The translations under genes and the position numbers were made by a program. A DNA stretch of 64,000 nt from positions 14,618 to 78,617 of the forward strand of contig CAYHTT010000001.1 of NCBI GenBank assembly GCA_964359725.1, read 5' to 3'. Positions within the stretch are counted from its first letter, which is position 1; each line of letters begins with the position of its first letter. The notes under the pieces were generated by a model. That model saw only the letters and a list, made by a program, of their open reading frames with translations, made no database searches and had not been told where the DNA came from. This document shows, one piece after another, positions 37,476 through 47,490 of this stretch. The stretch is from Candidatus Woesearchaeota archaeon. Lineage in GTDB: Archaea; Nanobdellota; Nanobdellia; SCGC-AAA011-G17; GW2011-AR20.

Positions 37476-37906
37476 AAATATTCTTTTCTTAATTTTTTAC
37501 TTAAATATTTTAAAACAAATTTCTTTCTTTGTTTTGTAAAATAATCAATTAATGTTGATTGTGAAATAAATCCAACAACTTTATTATTTTTAACAACAGG
37601 ATAACGTTTAAAGCCCTTTTGCTGCATCATCTTGCTTGTATAATAAATATTAGCATCTGGATGAATACCTTGTACAGGACTTGTCATTATATCTTTAGCT
37701 TTAGTTTTTCTAGGATTTAAATTTTTTGCTATAACTCTTTTAACCATATCTCTTTCTGTAATAATGCCTAGAGGTTTTTTATTTCTGCCAACTATTATAA
37801 CAGCTCCAATATCTCTTACACCCATAACCTTAGCAATTTTATTAACACTAGAATCCGGACCAAAAGCAGTAATTTTTTTTACCATTATATCTTTAACAAT
37901 ATCCAT
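37472..37906 (-). CDS. CBS-domain pair protein
   Basis: VKDIM, GIITERD, AKDIMTSP and RYPVV motifs. Confidence 0.92.
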   Translation of the reverse strand: MDIVKDIMVKKITAFGPDSSVNKIAKVMGVRDIGAVIIVGRNKKPLGIITERDMVKRVIAKNLNPRKTKAKDIMTSPVQGIHPDANIYYTSKMMQQKGFKRYPVVKNNKVVGFISQSTLIDYFTKQRKKFVLKYLSKKLRKEYL

Positions 37907-37943
37907 AATTTTATTTAATTTAATGTTTATATAAAATTATCGC

Positions 37944-38819
37944 TTACTCTGCTTTCGTTAATATTTTTGGTTGGTCCTTTACCAATAATGTATGTTCTAC
38001 TTGACTAACCAAACCTTTACTTTTTTCAGACAATTGAGGATAATGATGCAAAATATTTTCTCTTTCTAAAATGCGTAATCCAAAATTAACTTTAAAACTA
38101 GGAAATTTTTTTAATAACCATCTTCTTGCAAACGGTAATGTCTTATACTCTTGAGCAATAAATCTTAATAATTCACGAGCAATATTGTCTCTTACTGGTT
38201 TAAGATTAATTATTTTATAGATATTAGATAATTTACCATCTTCAACTAATCCAATACCATCAGTTGCAAATGGCTCAATTGCTATAACTTGATCTTCTTC
38301 TAATTCAGTTTCATCTTTATTATCATAATTTGGAATTGTCATACCAGCATGTTCTTCATATTCTTGTATGCTATGGCCAGAAAGATTTCTTACAGACTTA
38401 AAACCAAACTCTTTAATTATTTTTTCTATTACCATTCCAATTTCATTAATTTTTGTACTTGGCTTTACAATTTTAATTGCTTCTTTTAATGCTAGCTCGC
38501 TTGCTTTAACTAACTCTTTATTATTTCCAAGATCGATTGTAATAGCATTATCTCCTATAGCACCTTCTATATGTGCCCCTACATCTAATTTAACAACATC
38601 ATTTTCTTTAAATTTAAAGTCATCCTCATTTATAGTAAAATGAGCGGCCATTTCATTTATTGAAACTTGAACAGGAAATGCTGGCCTAGCACCTAGCTCA
38701 ATAATTTTAGCTTCAACTTTTTCAATGATATCTTTCATGCTTGCATTTATTTTAATTAATCTAGCTCCATAATTTAAAGCCTGTGCACTTATCTTTCCAG
38801 CTAATTCCCAATTATCCAT
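37944..38819 (-). CDS. map: Methionine aminopeptidase, type II
   Basis: PAFP, AAHFT, KLDVGAHIEG-IGD, NLSGH, AIEPFAT and QVEHT motifs. Confidence 0.96.
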   Translation of the reverse strand: MDNWELAGKISAQALNYGARLIKINASMKDIIEKVEAKIIELGARPAFPVQVSINEMAAHFTINEDDFKFKENDVVKLDVGAHIEGAIGDNAITIDLGNNKELVKASELALKEAIKIVKPSTKINEIGMVIEKIIKEFGFKSVRNLSGHSIQEYEEHAGMTIPNYDNKDETELEEDQVIAIEPFATDGIGLVEDGKLSNIYKIINLKPVRDNIARELLRFIAQEYKTLPFARRWLLKKFPSFKVNFGLRILERENILHHYPQLSEKSKGLVSQVEHTLLVKDQPKILTKAE

Positions 38820-41239
38820 TAAAATTCTCCTAACTTACTTTGCTCTCTAATTAATATGTCATCTCTTTTAACTCCAAAAACTTCAAAAATCTTTTCTACA
38901 CTTGGCAAGATTTGATTTTCAACATAATAATTAGCATCATAATCTTTACATTCTTCAGGAATTACAGCTTTATCTCTTATTATACCTTCTTTATTACTTA
39001 TAATATAATAAATTGTAGCACCAGGACTTACATCATAACCTTTAATTTTCATTTTTCTTGCAACAGCAACATGCGGTCCAATTTGTCTATAATCTTCTAA
39101 CCTTAATTTAAGCTGCTCTCCAATAACCATTTTCTTTAATGGAATTTTTTTATCATAAACATCTTTTATAACTTTTTTAATATATTTTAATGCATTTTCA
39201 TAATTACCTTCTTTTAATATAAGCTCGAGGACTTTTAACTGAGTTTCACGAGCAATTAAACTCCAATCTTTTCTTACAGTTTCAAAACCAGTTACTTCTA
39301 TTTCATTATCCTCATTAATTAAAGCATATTTCTTTTTTGCACCTAATGTTTCACTCTTTTTACTTACAAATATTCCTCGAGGATAAAAATTTTCTATCTC
39401 AATTTCCATTAAACTTGGTAATTCATCATTAACCTTTCCTAAAAAAATTAATGCATCTTTTTTTGTCTTGCCCTTTAATGTTATAGCTAAACTATCTGTA
39501 TCAGAATAAATAACTTCAAAACCTTCTTCTTGAGCTTTTTTAATAGTATCTTGAATAAATTCACGACCGAATGCTGTTATACTAGCTGCACATTCTCTGC
39601 AATAATATCTTGCACCAAAAAAGGCCAACATCCCATAACTAGAATTAGCAACTGTTTTTAACGCATAATTTCTAGCTTCTAATGCAACACTCTTCTCTTG
39701 TTTCATTATTTCTTTAATTCTATTCCTTCTAACAATTAAATCTTTAACAACTTTAGGAATAAATCCTTCAAATTTTGTATCAAAATAATAAAAAACTTTT
39801 CTTTCTTGCTCGTCAAGAATCTCAGGAGTTTTATAACCTCTTTCTTCTATGTTAAATGTTCCAGGATCAATATTTTTAGCTACAATTATGCTCGGATACA
39901 GAGACATATAATCAAAAAATACAACATCTTTATAAAAACCAATTTTTGGCTCCATTACAAACGCTCCTTGATATGTAGCTTGAATTCTTTCTGAAATGCT
40001 TTCATGACTTGGTCTGTTAGGAACAATTTCATTAAATTCACGAGCCCTTTTAATTAAATAATTCTCAACTAACTTACCATAACTCATTCTACAAATATCA
40101 AACATTGATATGCTAATTAATTTTACTAACTCAGCTAAATTAGGATATATTTTTTGAAATATCTTAAATGTTAATTCTGTGTCATGTATATTATATTCAA
40201 CAAATTTTTCTAAATCTTGTACTTTATCCCACGCTAGCATAATATTATTTATATCGAGTTCTTTTTTCCTTTCATGGATTAATGCATTTGCAACTTCGTC
40301 TAAGCTATAAGAATCAAGTTGTAACGATCCAGCCATAATCTTTCTTATAAACTTAAATATATCTAAATGCAAAATACCTTTAATCTTTACAGAACTTTCT
40401 CCTAAATTTCTTCTAATTGCAATAAGGCTGTTATCTAAACCAAGATTAAGTTTAATTTTATATTTATCAGCTCTTGCCTTAATATAAGGAAAATCAAATT
40501 CGTCAGAATAATATCCTATAATACAATCTGGTTTATAATCTTTAATATTTTCAACAAATCTTTCAATCATTTCAGCCTCGCTATTTACAAATTCAACATA
40601 AGAAGGAGCTTTAAATTTCTTCCATGTTATAACTTTTTTTAAATCCTTACCAAGTAAACCAATCATTAATATTGGATCATTTTTTACTTTTTCTACCCCA
40701 CCTAAAGAACCATAAACTTCAATATCAATAACTAAAACTTTTAAATCATCATAAAATTCTTCATTACTTTGTTTTAAATTTCCTTTAATACAGTAATCAA
40801 AATTTTCATCCTCAATTAATTCACCAGATGCCTCAGTTAATGTTAATGGAGTAATTTCTTTATCAATTAAATAACGCTTTGCAAAGTTTACATCAATTTC
40901 TTTTATTTCTAAATTAAATTTTCTAATAAGTTCAGCTATTTGTTTAACTGCACTTGGTTTATTTACAGTAACTTTTATTGCTTTTACCGGTTTGCTTAAA
41001 TAATTTTTATCAAATATTTCTATTTTAATCACTTTATTATCATCTATCTCAATTTCATTCATTTTTTTAGCTATCTTATCTAAATCTTCATTACCAAAAA
41101 CCCAGAAATATGGTTTAAAAGTATCATCATAAACACAAACTTTTTTTCCATCTTTTGTTGTTCCAATTACTCTTATAATGCCTTGGCTATCAAAATCTAT
41201 ATCAATGGGATAAAAATATACTCTAGCCCCCTCGTCCAT
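38819..41239 (-). CDS. Family B DNA polymerase
   Basis: Exonuclease DIE and FDFPY; polymerase DYMSLYPSII, K--ANS-YG, YSDTDS, KKKY; PIP-like QSKLGEF. Confidence 0.96.
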   Translation of the reverse strand: MDEGARVYFYPIDIDFDSQGIIRVIGTTKDGKKVCVYDDTFKPYFWVFGNEDLDKIAKKMNEIEIDDNKVIKIEIFDKNYLSKPVKAIKVTVNKPSAVKQIAELIRKFNLEIKEIDVNFAKRYLIDKEITPLTLTEASGELIEDENFDYCIKGNLKQSNEEFYDDLKVLVIDIEVYGSLGGVEKVKNDPILMIGLLGKDLKKVITWKKFKAPSYVEFVNSEAEMIERFVENIKDYKPDCIIGYYSDEFDFPYIKARADKYKIKLNLGLDNSLIAIRRNLGESSVKIKGILHLDIFKFIRKIMAGSLQLDSYSLDEVANALIHERKKELDINNIMLAWDKVQDLEKFVEYNIHDTELTFKIFQKIYPNLAELVKLISISMFDICRMSYGKLVENYLIKRAREFNEIVPNRPSHESISERIQATYQGAFVMEPKIGFYKDVVFFDYMSLYPSIIVAKNIDPGTFNIEERGYKTPEILDEQERKVFYYFDTKFEGFIPKVVKDLIVRRNRIKEIMKQEKSVALEARNYALKTVANSSYGMLAFFGARYYCRECAASITAFGREFIQDTIKKAQEEGFEVIYSDTDSLAITLKGKTKKDALIFLGKVNDELPSLMEIEIENFYPRGIFVSKKSETLGAKKKYALINEDNEIEVTGFETVRKDWSLIARETQLKVLELILKEGNYENALKYIKKVIKDVYDKKIPLKKMVIGEQLKLRLEDYRQIGPHVAVARKMKIKGYDVSPGATIYYIISNKEGIIRDKAVIPEECKDYDANYYVENQILPSVEKIFEVFGVKRDDILIREQSKLGEF

Positions 41240-41270
41240 AAGAAGAATTTAGCTAATAATCTATATAAAC

Positions 41271-41921
41271 TTATTGTACAAATTCTAATATTGGCTTATT
41301 TTCAATTAATTTTAAATCAGGTTTAAATGCATAAGCATATTTTTCATCAAAATAACCACATCTAAAATTTTCTAAATTAATATTTGTTCTTTTACTTAAC
41401 ATTAATGCGTAGAAATAAACTTGTGTTTGGGCGTATCTTTCATAATAAGCTCCCGGCTTGTAATCCCATATCCAAATTTTATTATCCTCAATTCTTAAAA
41501 CATCTATATGACCGGTAAGCGGAGATTTTATTTTAAACACATTAGTAAATTCTTTTAATTCATTTGGGTAAACCCATATTGGAACTTCCATTGCTATTGT
41601 ATTATTATCATTTTCTAACAAAAAAACCTGTATTCTTGGATGTTTATCTTTAAAACGTTCTTTATTAATTACTAATGCTTGTTTTGCTAAATCACTTATT
41701 TCATGACCAGAAATTTGATGCAATTTTAAATTATTTAATCTAAATCTTAACCCCGAGCTACGAGGACCATAATTAAAATATTCATTTGGACAACTAGTAA
41801 ACATATTATCTAAATAATCTTTTAAAGAACTAAAACCATTACAAAGTTCTTTTGTTTTTAGCTCATGAACCTTGTAACTATAATAACCACCTTTGTGATC
41901 CAATGTAAGATTTCTGATCAT
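41271..41921 (-). CDS. PD-(D/E)XK nuclease family protein
   Basis: EVP, TGHID, IWDYKP and QVYFYA motifs. Confidence 0.82.
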   Translation of the reverse strand: MIRNLTLDHKGGYYSYKVHELKTKELCNGFSSLKDYLDNMFTSCPNEYFNYGPRSSGLRFRLNNLKLHQISGHEISDLAKQALVINKERFKDKHPRIQVFLLENDNNTIAMEVPIWVYPNELKEFTNVFKIKSPLTGHIDVLRIEDNKIWIWDYKPGAYYERYAQTQVYFYALMLSKRTNINLENFRCGYFDEKYAYAFKPDLKLIENKPILEFVQ

Positions 41922-41957
41922 TAATTATAATTAGAATTAAGGTTAATATAAATTTTT

Positions 41958-42461
41958 CTACTCGCCAGGGCTTCTATCTAATCTGCTGTCTAAATGCTCA
42001 TAATAATGTTCAGAAGACGCTACTCTATCTCTATGATAAGTTTGATTTAAATCTAAATTAAATCTATTTTGAAGATTCATATTTTCTTGTTCGAATAAAC
42101 TTACTTCTTTCGGTGTATAGGAAAAACCATTTTTAGCTGCATTTTCAACAGCTTGAATATAAAATGAGATATCGCCCTTAAGTTCTTTAAAATAAAAATC
42201 TGTAAATTCTAAAGCTTTATTATAATTACCAAACTTCAATATAGCTTCATAAGCTAGTACTTCATCTAATCCAAAATTTCCATATTTTTTACCCATTATA
42301 TAAGCTTCTGATTCAAATTGATCATCAGTAGCTTGCAACCCAGCATAAATGTTACCTTCATCTTTAATTATAGAATCATCTTTTAATAAAGCCTCTAGAA
42401 TTTCTTTTCTTTTCTGTTCTCTTATACGTTCTTCTTTACTTTTAAATTGGTGTAAACTCAT
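41958..42461 (-). CDS. Hypothetical protein
   Basis: 167-aa ORF; no motif recognised. Confidence 0.55.
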   Translation of the reverse strand: MSLHQFKSKEERIREQKRKEILEALLKDDSIIKDEGNIYAGLQATDDQFESEAYIMGKKYGNFGLDEVLAYEAILKFGNYNKALEFTDFYFKELKGDISFYIQAVENAAKNGFSYTPKEVSLFEQENMNLQNRFNLDLNQTYHRDRVASSEHYYEHLDSRLDRSPGE

Positions 42462-42543
42462 TTTATTAAGAAATTCGATTTTATATTATTATTTAAAGCT
42501 TTTGGTATAAAGATTTATAAAGTTGTTTTACTAATTAGCTTTA

Positions 42544-43548
42544 ATGGGCTTGCAAATAGGCGAATTAGTTCCAAAAAAGGAAATTTCTTTTAAAGATTTA
42601 GAGAAAAAGAAAATTGCAATAGACGCTTCTCAAACGCTTTACCAATTTCTTAGCTCAATTAGACAGCAAGATGGAACTCCTTTAATGGATCGCAATGGTA
42701 ATATTACATCGCATTTACAAGGTATAATTACTAGAGTAACAAATTTAATGTCGAAAAACATTAAACTAGCTTTTGTTTTTGATGGTAAAGCACCTTTACT
42801 TAAGATAAAAGAACAAGAAGAACGTGAATATAGAAAACAATTAGCTGAAGAAAAACTAAAAGAAGCAAAAGAAACTGGTGATGAATTTTTAATGTTAAAA
42901 TATTCAAAACAAAGTACTAGATTAAATCAAGTTATGATAAATGAAGCTAAAGAATTAATCAAGGCTTTAGGTTTACCAATAATACAAGCACCAAGTGAGG
43001 CAGAAGCTCAATGTGCATTTATGAATGAAAGAAAAGATGTTGATTTTGCTGGATCAAGTGATTATGATTCATTATTGTATGGAGCTCCAAAGATTGTGAG
43101 AAATTTAACTTTGTCAACAAAAAAAAGATTACCAAGTGGAGCTTATGTTAAGATTAATCCTGAATTAATTGAATTAAAAGAAGTATTAAAAAATTTGGGT
43201 ATAAAACAAGATCAATTAATTATCTTAGCTATATTAGTTGGTACAGATTATAATAAAGGTGTTCCAAGAATAGGGCCGAAAACAGCTTTAAGATTAGTAA
43301 AAGAGTATAAAAATTACAATATTTTGTTTAAAGAAGTGAAAGCAGAATTTGATTGGAAAAATATTTATGCAACTTTTAAAAATATGCCTATAATAAAAAA
43401 TTATAGTTTAAAATGGACAAGTATTAATTTTGATAAGGTAAAAGAAATTTTAGTTGATAAACATGATTTTAATCAAGAAAGAGTAGAAAATAATTTAGTT
43501 AGAGTAAAAAAAATAAAACAAGAATTTGGATTAAGTAAATGGCTTTAA
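42544..43548 (+). CDS. fen: Flap endonuclease 1
   Basis: AIDA, YQFLSSIRQ-DG, VFDG, APSEAEAQ, DYD, GTDYN and PIP-like QEFGLSKWL motifs. Confidence 0.97.
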   Translation: MGLQIGELVPKKEISFKDLEKKKIAIDASQTLYQFLSSIRQQDGTPLMDRNGNITSHLQGIITRVTNLMSKNIKLAFVFDGKAPLLKIKEQEEREYRKQLAEEKLKEAKETGDEFLMLKYSKQSTRLNQVMINEAKELIKALGLPIIQAPSEAEAQCAFMNERKDVDFAGSSDYDSLLYGAPKIVRNLTLSTKKRLPSGAYVKINPELIELKEVLKNLGIKQDQLIILAILVGTDYNKGVPRIGPKTALRLVKEYKNYNILFKEVKAEFDWKNIYATFKNMPIIKNYSLKWTSINFDKVKEILVDKHDFNQERVENNLVRVKKIKQEFGLSKWL

Positions 43549-44114
43549 TCTTTTTTGTATGGTTTTTCATAAACTAATGCAGCTCTTGTAACTCTTCTAT
43601 AAACCATGAGCATTCTTGGTATTCTTGAAATCGGTCTTATCAATCTTTCAAATAAACTTAATCTTGTTAATTTACTTCCTTCTCCAATCTCGCGAAATAT
43701 TCTTGCAGCTTCTCTATCAACTTTTTCAACCTCTCTAATTTCTTTTACCACTCTTTCTACTTCTATTCCACTATGTAAAATTTCTTGCCCTTCTCTTAAT
43801 CCCCCACCTAATCTAAAAAATAACGTAAGTTCCTCAAATAATCTGAATAATAAGAAAAATGGAAATACTGCAATAATCTCGAGCCAATATTTTTTTATAA
43901 AAGTTTTAGCATCTCTAACTCTTACATATTTAAAAATCAAATCTATTATAAAAATTCCTATAATAACAGCATCAATAATATTAATTAATCTTTCATATTG
44001 AATAAGAGACTTATGATAGAAAAATTCCCCTAAAATTATTATCATTATTAAAGCAACCAAATAAGGAATACTTTTATCAACTATCACCTCAATTTTATGC
44101 AACCATAATTCCAT
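43545..44114 (-). CDS. Voltage-sensor-like (ion-transport N-terminal) membrane protein without a pore domain
   Basis: ID..I..IF..DL...FIKKYWLEIIAVFPF (S2-S3-like) and an Arg-periodic C-terminus. Confidence 0.6.
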   Translation of the reverse strand: MELWLHKIEVIVDKSIPYLVALIMIIILGEFFYHKSLIQYERLINIIDAVIIGIFIIDLIFKYVRVRDAKTFIKKYWLEIIAVFPFFLLFRLFEELTLFFRLGGGLREGQEILHSGIEVERVVKEIREVEKVDREAARIFREIGEGSKLTRLSLFERLIRPISRIPRMLMVYRRVTRAALVYEKPYKKD

Positions 44115-44168
44115 ATCATCATAAAATAAAACACAATATTTAAATATAACTAAACTAAACTTTAATTA

Positions 44169-44606
44169 ATGGCAGAATTAATGATTATCCCAGCTTTAGT
44201 TCTTGGTGCAGTTATTGGGTTATATGAATTAATTTTAGTACATCGAGATGAGAATTTTCGTGGCAGTCATTGGTTAACTCATGGTTTACATTCTGTTTTT
44301 TGGGCTATGCTAGCTGTATTTGCAACAATGAATGCAGAGTTTGTTTATGCTAATCTAACTTTCTTGCAAAATATTCCTTTTATAAGTAATATTTTAGTTT
44401 TTAGAATTTTTATTGGCTTACTTACAATAATTAAAGTTCATTCAGCTTCTGCTGTAGTTAGAACAACAATTGGAAGTAGTAAAGGTTTAAAACAAACATG
44501 GGCTCATAGCCTTGTTATTGGTATATTAGTTGTTATCGCTCCATATATTTGGCCTTTTGTTGAACCAATAGTAAGTCCTTATTTAGGTGGAGTACCAAGT
44601 AAATAA
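44169..44606 (+). CDS. Conserved four-TM membrane protein
   Basis: Hydrophobic segments with His residues (HRDE, HGLH, KVH, AHS). Confidence 0.65.
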   Translation: MAELMIIPALVLGAVIGLYELILVHRDENFRGSHWLTHGLHSVFWAMLAVFATMNAEFVYANLTFLQNIPFISNILVFRIFIGLLTIIKVHSASAVVRTTIGSSKGLKQTWAHSLVIGILVVIAPYIWPFVEPIVSPYLGGVPSK

Positions 44607-44825
44607 TTATTTAGCTAATTCTTCAATTTTCTTTAATCTTTCATTTATATTATCTAATTTTGCATTAATTGTTTCTAATTTACTTAGAATTAAATCTTCT
44701 TTATCTAATCCAGGATATTCTCTTTCTAAGGGTAATCTATCTTGAAATGGCTGAGTAAAATCTTGTGCAATATCTTCTGGTTGTTCAACTTTTTTCTTTT
44801 TAAAAATTTTAAATGGATTTATCAT
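44607..44825 (-). CDS. Small coiled-coil protein
   Basis: LILSKLETINAKLDNINERLKKIE heptads. Confidence 0.65.
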   Translation of the reverse strand: MINPFKIFKKKKVEQPEDIAQDFTQPFQDRLPLEREYPGLDKEDLILSKLETINAKLDNINERLKKIEELAK

Positions 44826-44826
44826 T

Positions 44827-46071
44827 TTATAAATTATTTATCGCTCTTCCTAAATTTACTATCCAATTTTGCATGTTTCTACCTCTTCTATACTCAATAC
44901 TTAGTTGTCTTGCATCTCTAATTCCTAATAATCTATCGCTTCTCGTGTTAATGCTTCTCGCTAAACCCATTACTTGATTTACAGCAGGGCTAGTTAATGA
45001 AGATCCTCCAAGAGTTGCAATTATGCCTCTAGAATTATTTCGAAGAGCAGATAAAATTTTTTTAATATTATTTAAATTTGGATTATTACTATTTAATTCA
45101 TTTAATGTTTGTTGATGTGCAGCTTGTATGGGCATATAATAATTGCGTAATAAATTTTGTTTAATTTGTTGCACATTGACTTGTTGTTGTGGTTGTTGCA
45201 TAGACGGTGCTTTTTGTTGTCCTCCAGCTTGTTTTTTTCTTTGTCTCCAATTACGAAATGCACCCCAACCTCTTTTAACCCCCCCACCAACTGAAGTTCC
45301 TAATTCTCCATATGCTCTTCCAGCCCTACTTAATGATCCCGTTGGTGTACTTCCTCCAACTGGTTCTTCTACAGCTGTTCCACCAGTCAAAGTTTTTATA
45401 AATAAATACCAAAAGAAAAATATAAAAGAAACAAGCATGCCTAAGCTAAGAACTGTATTAAAAATAGCACCCGCACCTAACGCAGAATCAAATTTTGTTA
45501 GAACATATGATGAAGAGGTATTTATTAAAATTAATAAAACAAAAGAAGCAAATGCTTTTATAAAATAAGTAAATCTATTTTCTTCACCTCTTTGAAAATT
45601 ATATACCCAATACAATCCACCTAATATTAAACCAATAACCACAAATAAAAATGCTGAATTTCCAATTAAAAGTAAAAATTCTACCGGGGTAAATATCACA
45701 GCAATTAAAGCAAGAAGTCCAGCAATTATATTGGCTCTTTTTACACCAGTTTCATCAGCACCAAATCTTTTTCTTAAACCATCAAACCCAGATATTATAA
45801 AAAATAAGAATAACCAATAAATTACTCTAAGAAATATAGCATTTCTGTCTTCTCCAATAACCTCAAACAATGGAGTTAAAATATCTGAGAATAACCCTAG
45901 GGCATTTCTTATCGTATTACCAAGATCAGCAGTTTGTAATCCAGTTATTTTATTTTCTATAACTAATAAACTAGTATTATTTAATCCGAATTCAACTATT
46001 AAGATTGCAAAAATAAATAAAAATAGCAATAGAAGTCTGTTACTAGAACCTTGTTGCCTACCTCTTTTCAT
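44827..46071 (-). CDS. Polytopic membrane protein with a Gly/Gln-rich linker and a basic helical C-terminal domain
   Basis: About 6-7 TM segments, QQPQQQ linker, Asn/Arg-rich tail; GAGG SD. Confidence 0.7.
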   Translation of the reverse strand: MKRGRQQGSSNRLLLLFLFIFAILIVEFGLNNTSLLVIENKITGLQTADLGNTIRNALGLFSDILTPLFEVIGEDRNAIFLRVIYWLFLFFIISGFDGLRKRFGADETGVKRANIIAGLLALIAVIFTPVEFLLLIGNSAFLFVVIGLILGGLYWVYNFQRGEENRFTYFIKAFASFVLLILINTSSSYVLTKFDSALGAGAIFNTVLSLGMLVSFIFFFWYLFIKTLTGGTAVEEPVGGSTPTGSLSRAGRAYGELGTSVGGGVKRGWGAFRNWRQRKKQAGGQQKAPSMQQPQQQVNVQQIKQNLLRNYYMPIQAAHQQTLNELNSNNPNLNNIKKILSALRNNSRGIIATLGGSSLTSPAVNQVMGLARSINTRSDRLLGIRDARQLSIEYRRGRNMQNWIVNLGRAINNL

Positions 46072-46135
46072 TAAGCATACCTCTTTATTATATCAAATCA
46101 TAAACTATATATAAACTTTACTTTACAGTTATTAT

Positions 46136-46942
46136 ATGACTAGCTTAAAAGAAGCATTAAAAAATAAACTTCCAGAACAAGAAATTCCAACATCTTATGA
46201 TATGATTGGCAATATAGCAATATTTTCAAAATTACCAAATAACATTAAAAAACAAAAATTAATTGCTAATACATTATTAAAAATAAATCCTAATATAAAA
46301 ACAGTTTTATTAAAAACTAAAAAATTTTCTGGTAAATATAGATTACCAAAATTTAAAATATTAGATGGAATTAAAACTAAAGAAACTTTACATAAGGAAA
46401 ATAATTGTATTTTTAAATTAGATGTTGAAAAATGTTATTTTAGTCCAAGATTAGCTAATGAAAGATTAAGAATAGCTAAACAAATTAAATCTAATGAAAT
46501 AATTTTAGTAATGTTTTCTGGTATAGCTATTTATCCAATTATTATAAGTAAAAATTCAAGCGCTAAAGAAATTTATTCTATTGAAATTAATCCTATAGCA
46601 GATTATTACGCAAAAGAAAATTTAATGCTAAATAAAATTAATAATGTTAGATTGTTTAAAGGCGATGTTAAAGAAATCTTGCCAAAAATTAAATTAAAAT
46701 TTAATAGAATAGTAATGCCTGCTCCAAAAAATGCTGAAAAATATTTGCAATTAATTAAAAATAAAATTAAAAAAAATACTATAATTCATTTTTATGATTT
46801 CAGCCAAGAAAAAGATTTTCCTAAAGCAAGTATAAATAAAATAAAAAAATATTTTAAAAAAATTAAAATTCTAAAAGCAATAAAATGCGGTAATGTTTCA
46901 CCTTATAATTACCGTGTATGTATAGATTTTCAAGTTCTATAA
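46136..46942 (+). CDS. Trm5/TYW2 (Met-10+) family tRNA methyltransferase
   Basis: YDMIGNIA, HKEN, YFSPRL--ER, MFSG, EINP-A, RIVMP and HFY motifs. Confidence 0.9.
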   Translation: MTSLKEALKNKLPEQEIPTSYDMIGNIAIFSKLPNNIKKQKLIANTLLKINPNIKTVLLKTKKFSGKYRLPKFKILDGIKTKETLHKENNCIFKLDVEKCYFSPRLANERLRIAKQIKSNEIILVMFSGIAIYPIIISKNSSAKEIYSIEINPIADYYAKENLMLNKINNVRLFKGDVKEILPKIKLKFNRIVMPAPKNAEKYLQLIKNKIKKNTIIHFYDFSQEKDFPKASINKIKKYFKKIKILKAIKCGNVSPYNYRVCIDFQVL

Positions 46943-47490
46943 CCTTTAGCAACAATATACATTTCTTTACTAGATTTTTTAGAAGCCTCTGGTTTAGTCG
47001 CTTTAACAAAATTAAAATAATTTTTAATATCTTTTAAAAATTCATTAAATTCTTGACTCTGAAATGTTTTGCAAACAAAATTTCCATTCCTATTTAATAC
47101 TTTTCTAGCAATATTAAAAGCTATTTTACTTAATTCTAATGATTTATATTGATCTTGCTCAATATTCCCCGAAATTCTAGGAGCTAAATCACTTAAAACA
47201 ACATCAAATTTTTCCAAAGAATAAATTTTATCACGAGTTTCTTTTTTAAATATATCTCCTAAAATAAATCTTACATTTTTTATATATTGGATTTGTTTAG
47301 TATCAACACCCGTTACTTGAGCACTTAAATTTTGACAAACTTGCATCCACGATCCTGGCCATGTTCCTAAATCCAATACTTTATCATTTCTTTTAATTAA
47401 ATTATATTTTTTATTAAGAGAAATCAATTTGTAAGCGCTTCTTGCACGATAGCCTTCCTGTCTTGCACGTAAAGTGAATTTATCAATCAT
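46930..47490 (-). CDS. rlmE: 23S rRNA Um2552 methyltransferase RlmE/FtsJ
   Basis: GYRARSAYKL, DLG--PGSW, SDLAP, KTF and KP-AS---S-EMY motifs. Confidence 0.95.
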   Translation of the reverse strand: MIDKFTLRARQEGYRARSAYKLISLNKKYNLIKRNDKVLDLGTWPGSWMQVCQNLSAQVTGVDTKQIQYIKNVRFILGDIFKKETRDKIYSLEKFDVVLSDLAPRISGNIEQDQYKSLELSKIAFNIARKVLNRNGNFVCKTFQSQEFNEFLKDIKNYFNFVKATKPEASKKSSKEMYIVAKGYRT